A stretch of DNA of 64,000 bases, from contig JBBTCT010000022.1 of NCBI GenBank assembly GCA_038060895.1, forward strand, positions 32,001 through 96,000. The letters run 5' to 3'. Below the pieces are notes generated by a model. That model was not told where the DNA came from, did not search any database, and saw only the letters and a list, made by a program, of their open reading frames with translations. Both the position numbers and the translations under genes were made by a program. Within the stretch, counting starts at the first letter, position 1. Every line of letters starts with the position of its first letter. The DNA is from Planctomycetota bacterium (GTDB taxonomy: Bacteria; Planctomycetota; MHYJ01; WSZJ01). Below are positions 20,647 through 30,391 of the stretch, in pieces.

Positions 20647-21401
20647 GCCTGGTGACCGTCGTCCGGCAGGATCACATCGTGACCTGCTCGATTGGCAACC
20701 CGCCGCTCAACATCCTCACCTGCGCGGTCATGAACGAACTCTGCGCCGCCCTCCGGGAGACGCGGCCGGACGACCGCGTCATCGTCATCCGGGGAGCGGG
20801 AAAGCACTTTTGCGCTGGCGCCGACATTGCCGAGCACCTGCCGGAGAAGGGGCCCGCGATGCTCGAGACGCTCGGGAGGCTGTTCACCACGCTGAACGAC
20901 GTCCCCGTCCCCACGGTGGCCGTCGTGCGCGGAGCATGCATGGGCGCGGGGCTGGAGCTCGCCGCCGCCTGCGATTTCATCATCGCCGCGGAGGACGCAA
21001 AACTCGGCGTCCCGGAAATCTCGCTGGGCGTCGTCGCCCCGGTCGCCTCGGTCGACCTGCCGCGGAAAATCGGCGAAACGCGGGCCGCGGAACTTCTCTT
21101 CCTCGGCAAACCCATCTCCGGCCGGCAGGCGGGGGAGTGGGGCCTGGCCGTCGAGGTCGCGGTGGAAGCGGATCTCGACGCCCGCGCCGACATCCTGGCC
21201 GCGAAACTCGCGGCCCACTCCGGAGCAGCGCTTCGATCCACGAAGCGTTGCCTGCGCGCGGCGGGGGCAAGGCCTGTTCATGCGGACGCGCTTTCCGCGG
21301 CGCTTGGCATCTACAAGGCGGACGTCCTGCCGAGCGCGGACGGCCTGGAGGGGTTGAAGGCGTTCCTGGAGAAGCGGCAGGCCAAGTGGAGGGACCAGTG
21401 A
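20643..21401 (+). CDS. dch: cyclohexa-1,5-dienecarbonyl-CoA hydratase
   Basis: crotonase motifs HFCAGADIAEHLP and LGVPEISLGV; context. Confidence 0.8.
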   Translation: MSLVTVVRQDHIVTCSIGNPPLNILTCAVMNELCAALRETRPDDRVIVIRGAGKHFCAGADIAEHLPEKGPAMLETLGRLFTTLNDVPVPTVAVVRGACMGAGLELAAACDFIIAAEDAKLGVPEISLGVVAPVASVDLPRKIGETRAAELLFLGKPISGRQAGEWGLAVEVAVEADLDARADILAAKLAAHSGAALRSTKRCLRAAGARPVHADALSAALGIYKADVLPSADGLEGLKAFLEKRQAKWRDQ

Positions 21402-22423
21402 TGAAAGCGGCTGTCTACTATGCGGGCGCGAAAGGTCTCGAGATCAAGGACGTCCCGGTTCCCGAGCCGGCGCCCGGGGAAGCGCGGGTGAAGGTGGCCG
21501 CGTGCGGGCTCTGCCATACGGACCTGCACTATCTCGACCATGGCGTCCCGACGTTCAAGAAGCCGCCGATCATCCTGGGGCACGAGCCCGCGGGTCATGT
21601 GGACGCGCTGGGCGCCGGGGTGACGAACGTGAAGCCGGGCCAGGCCGTGCTCGTCCCGGCGGTTCTCACCTGCGGCGAGTGCACCCTCTGCCGGACGGGC
21701 CGGTCGAACATCTGCGAGCGGATGCAGATGCTCGGGAACCACATTGACGGAGCGTTCGCGGAGTTCGTGTGCGTCCGCGCGCGCGACCTGGTTCCGCTTC
21801 CCGCCGGGCTCGATCCCGTGGAAGCCTCGATCGTGGCCGACGCGGTGACGACGGCGTTTCACGCGGTCGTGCACAGGGCGCAGGTCCGGCCCGGCGAGAC
21901 GGTGGCGATTTTCGGGTGCGGCGGAGTGGGTCTGTCGGCGGTGCAGTTCGCGGCGCTGGCCGGCGCCTACGTCATCGCCGTGGATCTTGACCCGGCGAAA
22001 CTCCTGCTGGCGCGCCAGCTGGGCGCCGCCGACACGGTCGATGCGAAGGCGGATCCCGAGCCCGCGAAGACGATCAAGAAGAAGACTGGCGGCGGCGTGG
22101 ACAAGGCGATGGAGTGCATCGGCAGCCCGAAAGTCATCCCCGTGGCGCACAACTCCGTCCGCGCCGGGGGCCGGCTGGTCATCGTCGGGTTCGCCGACAA
22201 GCCGGTCGAACTCAATGCGGGGAAGATCATGTTCATGGAGCAGGAGGTCATCGGGTCCCTCGGTTGCCGGCCCGTGGATTTCCCGCGGGTCCTCGAAATG
22301 TGCGCCTCCGGCCGCTACAAGCTTGCTCCGCTCGTGACCTCGAGGCGCCCGCTCGAGCGCGTGAACGAAGCGCTGGACGAATTGAGAGCGGGAAAGAGCG
22401 TGAGAAGCGTCGTCATCCCCTGA
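21401..22423 (+). CDS. had: 6-hydroxycyclohex-1-ene-1-carbonyl-CoA dehydrogenase (Zn-ADH)
   Basis: CGLCHTDL, GHE, VPAVLTCGECTLCRTGRSNIC; context. Confidence 0.82.
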   Translation: MKAAVYYAGAKGLEIKDVPVPEPAPGEARVKVAACGLCHTDLHYLDHGVPTFKKPPIILGHEPAGHVDALGAGVTNVKPGQAVLVPAVLTCGECTLCRTGRSNICERMQMLGNHIDGAFAEFVCVRARDLVPLPAGLDPVEASIVADAVTTAFHAVVHRAQVRPGETVAIFGCGGVGLSAVQFAALAGAYVIAVDLDPAKLLLARQLGAADTVDAKADPEPAKTIKKKTGGGVDKAMECIGSPKVIPVAHNSVRAGGRLVIVGFADKPVELNAGKIMFMEQEVIGSLGCRPVDFPRVLEMCASGRYKLAPLVTSRRPLERVNEALDELRAGKSVRSVVIP

Positions 22424-23132
22424 GAGCCCGCGCCCGGCCCGCGGATCCGCCCGACCTCCTGATTTCCCTCGTTGCGGGCCTGGAACGGCCGTACGTCTTG
22501 AATTTTGCGAGCAGTTCCGCGACGTCCGGCTCCGCCAGGATCACCGGCGAACCCGCCGACAGCGCGGCAAGGAACATCGCCGCCAGCACTTCCAGTTGCT
22601 GCGCCCACCTCAACGCCTCTTCCACGGTTTCACCGATGGCCACGATCCCGTGATTCGACATCAGGCAGGCTCTCCGGTCCTCCAGAGCCTGCACCGAAGC
22701 CCGGGCGAGCGCCTCCGTGCCGTACGGGGCGTACGGAGCGCAACGGATGTCGGCGCCGCCGAACATGGGCACGGAGTAATGGAACGCGGGAATGGCAAGG
22801 CGAAGGCACGCGACGGCCGAGGCATGAAGCGGGTGGGCATGAACGATTCCTTCCACGTCCGGCCGGGCCTCATAGATGGCCCGGTGGAGCCGCCACTCGG
22901 TTGAAGGCTCAGCTCCGTCATGCCAGGCGCCGGCGAGGGAAACCCGGGAAAGGCTCCCGGGGGCGACTTCGTCGTACGGCACCGCCGTCGGCGTGATCAC
23001 GAACATCCCCGGATCCTCGAGGCGCGCGGAGACGTTCCCGGAGGTTCCGTGGTTGATGCCGGAACGGTTCATCTCCAGGGCCGCTTCGACGACGCGGGTG
23101 CGGATGGTTCGGCCGGCTGACGGCGGGATCAC
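22413..23132 (-). CDS. class II aldolase, FucA-like (start uncertain)
   Basis: GTSGNVS, PSTEWRLH, HAH, NHG. Confidence 0.88.
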   Translation of the reverse strand: MIPPSAGRTIRTRVVEAALEMNRSGINHGTSGNVSARLEDPGMFVITPTAVPYDEVAPGSLSRVSLAGAWHDGAEPSTEWRLHRAIYEARPDVEGIVHAHPLHASAVACLRLAIPAFHYSVPMFGGADIRCAPYAPYGTEALARASVQALEDRRACLMSNHGIVAIGETVEEALRWAQQLEVLAAMFLAALSAGSPVILAEPDVAELLAKFKTYGRSRPATREIRRSGGSAGRARALRG

Positions 23133-23146
23133 GGATGCACGATATA

Positions 23147-23165
23147 TAGTAAATGCCATTAAATA
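23147..23165. promoter_or_regulatory. operator palindrome, site 3 (aldolase/DUF1800 divergent region)
   Basis: TAGTAAA-TGCCA-TTAAATA. Confidence 0.8.
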
Positions 23166-23224
23166 AATGGAAACCTTCGGGGCCCAGCCGGGTTTCCATC
23201 CCGGACGCCCTTCGGAGAACCCCG

Positions 23225-24712
23225 ATGCCCAATCCCCTCGCCCCGGTCACTACCTCTTCGTGGGACCGCTCCCGCGCCCGTCACCTCCTCAACCGCGCCG
23301 GTTTCGGGATCCCGCTTCATGAGGTAGATCGCCTCGCCGCCATGTCCCCTGAGGCCGCGGTCGCCCGCTTCGTCGAATTTGAGGCGCGCCCCGACTGGTT
23401 CCAGCCCCCCGACTTCCTCCCGGCACCGTTTGATTTCGCCGCAAAGCGCCGCGAAGTCGCCGGCCTCACCGAAGAAGAACGCAAGGATCTCTTCAAGGAA
23501 CGCATGCGCGAGGAACACCAGGCAATGGCGCAACTCCAGGACTGGTGGCTCGACCAGATGCTCACCACGCTTCAGCCCCTCCAGGCCAAGCTCACCCTGT
23601 TCTGGCACGGCCACTTCGCCACGTCCGCCCAGAAAGTAAAGTCCTGCCGCAACAACTGGCAGCTCTTCCAGGTGTTCCGCGAAAAGGCTGCAGGGAGTTT
23701 CCGGGAACTGGTCCGCAGCGTCGGGAAGTCGCCCGCCATGCTCGAGTACCTCGACAACGAGAAGAACAAGAAGGGGCACCCGAACGAGAACTGGGCCCGC
23801 GAGCTGATGGAGCTGTTCACGATGGGGCGCGGGAACTACACGGAGGACGACATCAAGGAAGCGGCGCGCGCATTCACGGGGTGGATGCGCGTCGGCGAGA
23901 AGTTCTGGTTCAACGCGCACGCGCACGACGACGGCGTGAAGACGGTCCTGGGCCGGAAGGGCGACTTCGACGGCGACCAGGTTGTGGACATCGTCGTGGA
24001 GAACCCCGCCACGGCGAAGTTCGTGGCGAAGAAGATGTGGGAGTTCTTCGCGTACGAGGAGCCCGAGACTGAGGTCGTCGAAGGGCTCGCGCGTGTTTTC
24101 ACGGAGGCGAAATTCGAGCTCAAGCCGCTTCTCCGGGCGATGTTTCTCTCGGAGGCGTTCTACTCGCCGCGCTCCGTTGGGAACCAGGTCAAGAGCCCGG
24201 TGCAGCTGGTGCTCGGGCTTCTGGACGGCCTGGACGTCCCGCTGGCGCTGGAGTCGGGGCGGTTCGCGCGGCTCATCCTGACCGGGCTGGGGCAGGATCT
24301 GTTCCACCCGCCGAACGTGAAGGGGTGGCCGGGGAACCGCGCGTGGATCGACACGAACACGCTGCTGCTGCGCTGCAACGCGGCGGGAATTCTCGTCAAC
24401 GGGCTCGACCCGGAAGACATGGCGGGAGGCGAGGGGGAGGGGGCGCGCCGGCGCGGGTTGCCGCGGCGGATCCGGTCGCCGTTCGAGGCGATGAAGTGGG
24501 CGGGGCGGCGGATGGCAGGGGCGAAGACGGCGGAGGAGGCGGCGGACCGTGTGACGGAGATCCTGCTGGGCCGCAGGCCGACGGCAGAGCAGCGCACCGT
24601 GCTGGCGCGCGCGCTGGGCGCCGGGACGGGGCAGGCCTGGAAAGCGAACGAGGATGGGGTGCGCGCGGTCGTGCACCTCGTGACGTCGATGGCGGAATAC
24701 CAACTCTGTTAG
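23225..24712 (+). CDS. DUF1800 family protein
   Basis: HLLNRAGFG, FWHGHFATS, PNENWARELMELFTMG, PPNVKGW. Confidence 0.92.
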   Translation: MPNPLAPVTTSSWDRSRARHLLNRAGFGIPLHEVDRLAAMSPEAAVARFVEFEARPDWFQPPDFLPAPFDFAAKRREVAGLTEEERKDLFKERMREEHQAMAQLQDWWLDQMLTTLQPLQAKLTLFWHGHFATSAQKVKSCRNNWQLFQVFREKAAGSFRELVRSVGKSPAMLEYLDNEKNKKGHPNENWARELMELFTMGRGNYTEDDIKEAARAFTGWMRVGEKFWFNAHAHDDGVKTVLGRKGDFDGDQVVDIVVENPATAKFVAKKMWEFFAYEEPETEVVEGLARVFTEAKFELKPLLRAMFLSEAFYSPRSVGNQVKSPVQLVLGLLDGLDVPLALESGRFARLILTGLGQDLFHPPNVKGWPGNRAWIDTNTLLLRCNAAGILVNGLDPEDMAGGEGEGARRRGLPRRIRSPFEAMKWAGRRMAGAKTAEEAADRVTEILLGRRPTAEQRTVLARALGAGTGQAWKANEDGVRAVVHLVTSMAEYQLC

Positions 24713-24713
24713 C

Positions 24714-24772
24714 GCCCTTCGACTCGCCCTTCGGGCTCGACCACTCTGAGCGAGCGGAGCGAGTCGAAGGGC
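24714..24772. repeat. REP-like intergenic inverted repeat
   Basis: GCCCTTCGACTCGC...GCGAGTCGAAGGGC. Confidence 0.65.
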
Positions 24773-24785
24773 TCAGGAGGTTTTG

Positions 24786-26015
24786 ATGTCCACGAACAAC
24801 GTCGTCTTCACCCGTCGCGAGTTCATGCGGACGTCGGCTGTCGTCAGCGCGGGGCTGACGCTTCCCGCATTCCTCACCGGATGGCGTGGCCTCGCGCAGG
24901 CTGAGGAACCCGGCGCGGGCGGGCGCATCCTCGTCGTCCTGCAGTTGGGAGGCGGCAATGACGGGCTGAACACGCTCGTCCCGTACACGGACGACGCCTA
25001 CCGCCGCGCGCGGCCGACGCTCGGTCTGGCGAAGGAGCGCGTGCTCGACATCGACGGCCGCTTCGGCTTCAACGATTCGCTCGCGGCTATTAAAGGCCTC
25101 TTCGACGACGGGAAAGTCGCCGTCGTCCACGGCGTCGGCTACCCCAACCCCGACCGGTCACACTTCCGCTCCATGGACATCTGGCACACCGCCTCTGACT
25201 CGGACCGCTACGAGACGACGGGCTGGCTCGGGAGGTACTTCCACAACTGCTGCGGCGGGAAGCCGGACCCCGTGACCGGGGTGAATGTGGGGGCGAAGAT
25301 GCCGATGGCGTTTGCGGGAAGCGACGTGGGGGTCTCCTTCACGAACCCGGCGTGGTTCCGGTGGCTGCCGGGGGACGGGGCGGACACGGAGAAGGCGTAC
25401 CGGGAGCTGAACGCGGGGAAGGGTGAGGGGACGCTCGACTACCTGCGGTCGGTTTCGGCGAGCGTGGTGGCGACTTCGGACAAGGTGCAGGCGGTGGCGC
25501 GGAAGCGGCGCGCGGCGGGGGAGTATCCGCAGAGCCGGTTCGCGGACGACCTGAAGACGGTCGCGAACATGATCCTGGGTGGGCTGCCGGCGCGGGTTTA
25601 CTACGTGTCGATGACGGGGTTCGACACGCACGCGGGGCAGGCGGGGACGCAGGATCGGCTGCTGAAGGAGTTCGCGGAGGGGGTGAAGGCGTTCCACGGC
25701 GACCTGGCGAAGGCCGGGGCTGCGGAGCGCGTGCTGATGATGAGCTTCAGCGAATTCGGCCGCCGGGTGGAGCAGAACGCCAGCGGCGGAACCGATCACG
25801 GGACGGCGGGGCCGATGTTCGTGATCGGGGAAGGGGCGTTGCCGGGGCTCAAGGGGACGCCGCCGAAGCTGACGGACCTGGAGCAGGGGGACCTGAAGCA
25901 CACGGCGGACTTCCGCGCGGTGTACGGCGAGGTCGTGTCGCGGTGGCTCGGGGGGGACGCGAAGCAGGTGCTCGGGCGCGACCTGCAGCCCCTGGGGGTC
26001 GTGCGGGCGGTGTAA
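24786..26015 (+). CDS. DUF1501 family Tat-exported protein
   Basis: TRREF twin-arginine; LGGGNDGLN, RSHFRSM, GFDTH, SEFGRR, GTDHG. Confidence 0.92.
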   Translation: MSTNNVVFTRREFMRTSAVVSAGLTLPAFLTGWRGLAQAEEPGAGGRILVVLQLGGGNDGLNTLVPYTDDAYRRARPTLGLAKERVLDIDGRFGFNDSLAAIKGLFDDGKVAVVHGVGYPNPDRSHFRSMDIWHTASDSDRYETTGWLGRYFHNCCGGKPDPVTGVNVGAKMPMAFAGSDVGVSFTNPAWFRWLPGDGADTEKAYRELNAGKGEGTLDYLRSVSASVVATSDKVQAVARKRRAAGEYPQSRFADDLKTVANMILGGLPARVYYVSMTGFDTHAGQAGTQDRLLKEFAEGVKAFHGDLAKAGAAERVLMMSFSEFGRRVEQNASGGTDHGTAGPMFVIGEGALPGLKGTPPKLTDLEQGDLKHTADFRAVYGEVVSRWLGGDAKQVLGRDLQPLGVVRAV

Positions 26016-26056
26016 ATCCCCCGGAATTCCGAAACGCGGGGGCACCCGCAGCTATA

Positions 26057-26075
26057 TAGTTAATCACCTTAACTA
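26057..26075. promoter_or_regulatory. operator palindrome, site 4 (perfect), upstream of the nod-like gene
   Basis: TAGTTAA-TCACC-TTAACTA. Confidence 0.88.
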
Positions 26076-26123
26076 ACGGGGCGCCTTCCGGCGCTCCGTC
26101 CGCCCTCCAGACAGGAGCCTTCC

Positions 26124-28535
26124 ATGAACATCGCCCGATGGCTTGACCGCCGCGAATCCTGGTGGAAGGTCTTCGTCGTCATCTTCGCAGTCAGCGTCAC
26201 CGTCGTCGGCTACATCGGGTACAAGACCTACCAGTACGCCCCGCCGGTCTGCGACTTCGTGGACGAGTCCGGCAAGACCGTCTTCTCCGGCGCCGACATC
26301 ACCGCGGGCCAGAAGGTCTTCCTCCGCTACGGCCTCATGGAATACGGCTCCTTCCTCGGCGACGGCGCCATGCGCGGGCCCGACTTCACCGCGGAGGCGC
26401 TTCACCAGACCGCCCTCTCCATGAACGCGCAGTACGACGCCGAGTGGAGCGTCCGTATCCCCGACCTGGTGCAGCGCAAGGCGATCGTCGAAGCGCTCGT
26501 GCAGAAGGACATCAAGGAGAACCGCTTCAAGGACGGCAAAGTCACGGTGAACGCGGCGCAGGCGGCGGCGTTTGAGCGCCTGCGGCTGTATTACTCGCAG
26601 AAATTCGGGGCCGGCGGCGAACTGGCGGGGAAGGAAGTCTTCAAACCGGAGAACTACATCACCGACCAGGAGAAAATCCGGCACCTCACGGCGTTTTTCT
26701 ACTGGGGAGGCTGGCTCTGCTCTGCCAAACGCCCCGGCTACGAGTACAGCTACACGCACAACTGGCCGTACGACCCGCTGGCGGGGAACGTCCCGCACGG
26801 CGGTCTCGTGATGTGGAGCGTGATCGGAACGCTGGTCGTGATCCTGACGATCGGCGTGATCTTCTACTACTACGGGCGAATGGACCGGGAAGCGGTGCTC
26901 GAGCAGCAGAAGGCGCACCTGCCGCCGCTCGCGACGTCGGATGTGGTGGACCGGTTCAAGCCGACGCCGACGCAGCGCGCGACCTACAAGTTCTTCGCGG
27001 TGGCCGCGCTCCTGTTCCTTTTCCAGGTCACTGCGGGCCTGCTCGCGATCTCGGATTTCGTGAATCTCGTGAGCTGGTTCGGGTTCGACCTGCGGGCGGC
27101 GATCCCCGTCACGATTTCGCGCATGTGGCACTCGCAGTTCTCGGTCCTGTGGATCGCGGTCTGCTGGTTCGCGGCGACGATCTGGGTGATGCCGCTCATC
27201 TGCCGCCCCGAACCTCGCGGCCAGCTCGGCTCGATCAACCTGCTTTTCGCCATGCTGGCGACCGTCGCGGCCGGCGCCATCTTCGGCATTCCCCTCGGCA
27301 TCCACGGCAAGCTCGACTACGGCGACGCGTGGCGCTGGTTCGGCCTGCAGGGCTGGGAGTTCATGCAGATCGGACGAGCGTTCCAGGCCGTGCTCTACTC
27401 GTCCTTCGTCCTCTGGCTCGTGATCATCACCCGCGGCGTCTGGCCCGCGCTCAAGCAGAAGCAGACCTGGTCGCTCCCCAACTGGATGGTCTACTCGATC
27501 GCCGGCATCATTTTCATGTTCAGCGCGTCGTGGGTCGCCAGCCCGGACACCAACTTCGTCATCGCCGACTTCTGGCGCTGGTGCACGATCCACATGTGGG
27601 TCGAAGCGTTCTTCGAGTTGTTTACGACGATCATCGTCGCCTACTTCCTCTACCTCATGGGGTTCGTGTCGCACCTCGTCGCGGCGCGCGTCGTGTACCT
27701 GTCGGCCGTGCTGTTCCTCGGAAGCGGCATGATCGGGATTTCGCACAACTTCTACTGGAACGCGAAGTCGATTGAGACGATCGCGCTCGGCGGCGTCCTC
27801 TCGTCGCTCCAGGTCGCGCCGCTCGTCCTGCTCACGATCGAGGCGTGGCGCTTCCGCCACCTTCCGCAGCACTCGCTCCGCGGCTCCACCCAGACGTTCG
27901 GCCTCGGGGAAGCCTTCCTCTTCCTCGTCGGCGTCAACTTCTGGAACTTCCTCGGCGCCGGCGTGATGGGATTCATGATCAACCTGCCGATCGTGAACTA
28001 CTACCAGCACGGGACGTACCTCACCGTCAACCACGGCCACGCCGCCCTCATGGGCGTCTACGGCAACCTAGCCGTCGCCGCCATGCTCTTCTGCTCCCGC
28101 TGGAACGTCGGCCCGTCTCGCTGGAACGCGAAGCTCCTGCGCACGTCGTTCTGGTCGCTCAACGCCGGCCTCATGTTCATGGTCGTCTTCGATCTCTTCC
28201 CGGTCGGCATCCACCAGCTCGCCGCGGCCATGAACCATGGCTACGCCTACGCGCGCTCGCAGGAGTACCTGTCCGGCACCGTCTTCCAGACCCTGACCTG
28301 GCTCCGTGGCATCGGCGTCGCGGTCTTCGTCACCGGCGGGGTCCTCCCGCTCACGTGGTTCATGGTCACTCGCTGGTTCAACCTCAAGCCGCCCCAGACG
28401 CGCGAAGAGCAGTTCATCGTGCCGCCCTCCGTCCTCGCCGTCTCCAGCCCGAGCGTCCTTACCGCCCGCGGCGTGCCGGACCGGGAGCCCGAAGGCGCCG
28501 GCTTGCTGCGCGACCCGGGGAAGGATCCGCTGTGA
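26124..28535 (+). CDS. qNor-family heme-copper-superfamily protein with NO-dismutase (Nod)-type substitutions
   Basis: GDGAMRGPDFTAEALH, YTHNWPYDP, HMWVEAFFE, GISHNFYW (HH to HN), SSLQVAPL (E to Q), NHGHAA. Confidence 0.85.
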   Translation: MNIARWLDRRESWWKVFVVIFAVSVTVVGYIGYKTYQYAPPVCDFVDESGKTVFSGADITAGQKVFLRYGLMEYGSFLGDGAMRGPDFTAEALHQTALSMNAQYDAEWSVRIPDLVQRKAIVEALVQKDIKENRFKDGKVTVNAAQAAAFERLRLYYSQKFGAGGELAGKEVFKPENYITDQEKIRHLTAFFYWGGWLCSAKRPGYEYSYTHNWPYDPLAGNVPHGGLVMWSVIGTLVVILTIGVIFYYYGRMDREAVLEQQKAHLPPLATSDVVDRFKPTPTQRATYKFFAVAALLFLFQVTAGLLAISDFVNLVSWFGFDLRAAIPVTISRMWHSQFSVLWIAVCWFAATIWVMPLICRPEPRGQLGSINLLFAMLATVAAGAIFGIPLGIHGKLDYGDAWRWFGLQGWEFMQIGRAFQAVLYSSFVLWLVIITRGVWPALKQKQTWSLPNWMVYSIAGIIFMFSASWVASPDTNFVIADFWRWCTIHMWVEAFFELFTTIIVAYFLYLMGFVSHLVAARVVYLSAVLFLGSGMIGISHNFYWNAKSIETIALGGVLSSLQVAPLVLLTIEAWRFRHLPQHSLRGSTQTFGLGEAFLFLVGVNFWNFLGAGVMGFMINLPIVNYYQHGTYLTVNHGHAALMGVYGNLAVAAMLFCSRWNVGPSRWNAKLLRTSFWSLNAGLMFMVVFDLFPVGIHQLAAAMNHGYAYARSQEYLSGTVFQTLTWLRGIGVAVFVTGGVLPLTWFMVTRWFNLKPPQTREEQFIVPPSVLAVSSPSVLTARGVPDREPEGAGLLRDPGKDPL

Positions 28536-28810
28536 AATGGTTTCCCTTCGGGCCCGCGGCGCAAGAGCCGGCGAAGAAACTCCCGGTCATCGACCGCGGT
28601 CTGTGCACGGGCTGCGGCCTGTGCCTCGCCGCCTGCACGAACGGCTGCCTCGCATTTTCGTGGAGCCTCGCCGACCTGAAGCGGCCCGAGTGCTGCACGA
28701 GCGAAGGGCATTGCGCGGCCGCCTGTCCCGATGGGTTCATCGAGATGAAGTGGGTCGCCGCAAAAGGGGAGCGCGGTATTGGTGAGTGGAGCGAAGGGGG
28801 AGTCGCATGA
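28532..28810 (+). CDS. 4Fe-4S dicluster ferredoxin
   Basis: CTGCGLCLAAC and CCTSEGHCAAACP; GTGA-coupled to the upstream gene. Confidence 0.8.
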   Translation: MKWFPFGPAAQEPAKKLPVIDRGLCTGCGLCLAACTNGCLAFSWSLADLKRPECCTSEGHCAAACPDGFIEMKWVAAKGERGIGEWSEGGVA

Positions 28811-29187
28811 CCCCCGCGCGCGTTCTCCTGGAAGAAGCGCTCGCGCTTCTCCGACTCACGGAGGACGCGCCGCTCTCGGAGCGCATCGACGCCGGGGGGA
28901 TGGCCGTCGTCGCGCAGCATCGGGCCGAGGTTCGCCTTGGCGCAAGGCTGCCCGGATGGCCGGACGTCCGGAGCGAGCTTGCCGAACTTTTCGGCGCTCC
29001 TCCTTCCGCCGCCCCTGACTTCGCTTCGTGGCTCGCCGCCCTCCACGCCCGCCTCCGCCCTTCGCACCCGCAGGCCTTCGCCATCGCCCTCCTGCGCCTC
29101 AACGGCCTCGACGATGCGGGCATCGCCGCGCGCCTCGGCCTCGGCGCCCGCCTCGTCCGCCGGATCCGTCAGGACGTCCCATGCTAG
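28807..29187 (+). CDS. truncated ECF-sigma-like HTH protein
   Basis: C-terminal IALLRLNG....IAARLG..R.VRR region-4-like HTH directly before a Ser/Thr kinase. Confidence 0.45.
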   Translation: MTPARVLLEEALALLRLTEDAPLSERIDAGGMAVVAQHRAEVRLGARLPGWPDVRSELAELFGAPPSAAPDFASWLAALHARLRPSHPQAFAIALLRLNGLDDAGIAARLGLGARLVRRIRQDVPC

Positions 29188-30356
29188 TCACGCTCGCCAC
29201 CGCCGCCTGCGCCCGCGCCCCGAGAGCCGCCGGGAGATATCAGGCGTGGGCCGAAGCGCTTGGCTCCATCCGGGCGGATCCGTCGCCGGCCCGCGTGTCC
29301 GAGTTGCTTGCGACCATCCCCGAAGACCAGCGCGCCGACGCCCTGGTGGACCTCCTGTCCGAAGCGCTTCAGATCGCCTGGCGCCGCGCCCCCGCTCCGC
29401 CGCTCGCCGCGTGGCTCGACGCCATTGCGCCCGGTTTCGAACCGCCCGCCGATCTCGTGGAAGCGGAGTTCGTCGCCCGCCACCAGCCGCCGCACGGCGA
29501 TGCGCCGGCTCCCGCAGATTCCTCGCGCCTGCTCGCCGAGGGCCGCTTCATCCTGCTCCGCCGTCTGGGCCGAGGCGCGATGGGAGAGGTGTGGGAAGCG
29601 CGGGACACGGCCGCGGGCAGACTTGTCGCCATCAAGCGCTCGATCGACATGGGGATGGGGGATCGCCTGGAGTGCGAGCGGGAAGTCACTGCCGCGCTCG
29701 ATCACCCCGCCGTCCTCTCCATTCGAGAGATCGGGCGCGACCCGCAGGGCCGCCCCTTCGCGGTCATGCCTCTCGCCTCCGGCCCCAATTTTGACGAGAG
29801 CATCGCCGGCCTTCACCGGATCGCCGGCGACCCGCGGACCCTCCTCGCTCCGTTCCTCGCCGCCTGCGACGCGGTCGCCCATGCGCACTCCCGCGGCGTC
29901 CTGCACCGGGACCTTAAGCCCGCCCACATCGTCCCCGGCGCCGGCGTCCTCGACTGGGGCGTCGCGCGCCGAGCGTCCGCCCCCGACGGTCTCGTCGCGG
30001 GCACCCCCGAGTACATGGCTCCCGAGCAGGCCGACGGCCGCGCCGACGAACGAAGCGACGTCTTCGCGCTCGGCGGAGTTCTCTTTCACATTCTCACCGG
30101 CCGTCCTCCGCGCGCCTGGCCGGACGCGGTGCGACCCGCCTCGTGGGCCGAATTCGTACGCTCGGTACCACTGACCGTGCCAGGCGGATCGCATGCAGCC
30201 CTGCGGCGCGTCTGCCGGCAGGCGATGAACCCCGATCCGCGGGAACGGTTCCTTTCCGCAGGCGCATTCGCCGACCGGCTCCGTCGTTCGAGCGACGCCG
30301 CGCCGTCGTTCTGGCGGCACGTACTGGCCTGGGTGCAGGCCCCTGCCTGTTCATAG
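29181..30356 (+). CDS. Hanks-type Ser/Thr protein kinase
   Basis: LGRGAMGEV, VAIK, HRDLKP, DWG, GTPEYMAPEQ, SDVFALG. Confidence 0.88.
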   Translation: MLVTLATAACARAPRAAGRYQAWAEALGSIRADPSPARVSELLATIPEDQRADALVDLLSEALQIAWRRAPAPPLAAWLDAIAPGFEPPADLVEAEFVARHQPPHGDAPAPADSSRLLAEGRFILLRRLGRGAMGEVWEARDTAAGRLVAIKRSIDMGMGDRLECEREVTAALDHPAVLSIREIGRDPQGRPFAVMPLASGPNFDESIAGLHRIAGDPRTLLAPFLAACDAVAHAHSRGVLHRDLKPAHIVPGAGVLDWGVARRASAPDGLVAGTPEYMAPEQADGRADERSDVFALGGVLFHILTGRPPRAWPDAVRPASWAEFVRSVPLTVPGGSHAALRRVCRQAMNPDPRERFLSAGAFADRLRRSSDAAPSFWRHVLAWVQAPACS

Positions 30357-30391
30357 CCTCCGCCGGCCGCGCCATTCGTTAGGATCTCCCC

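Noticed and set aside
26124-28535. Annotation as an ordinary qNor (norZ)
   Set aside because: One Fe-ligand His, the conserved Glu and the quinol-site His are substituted.
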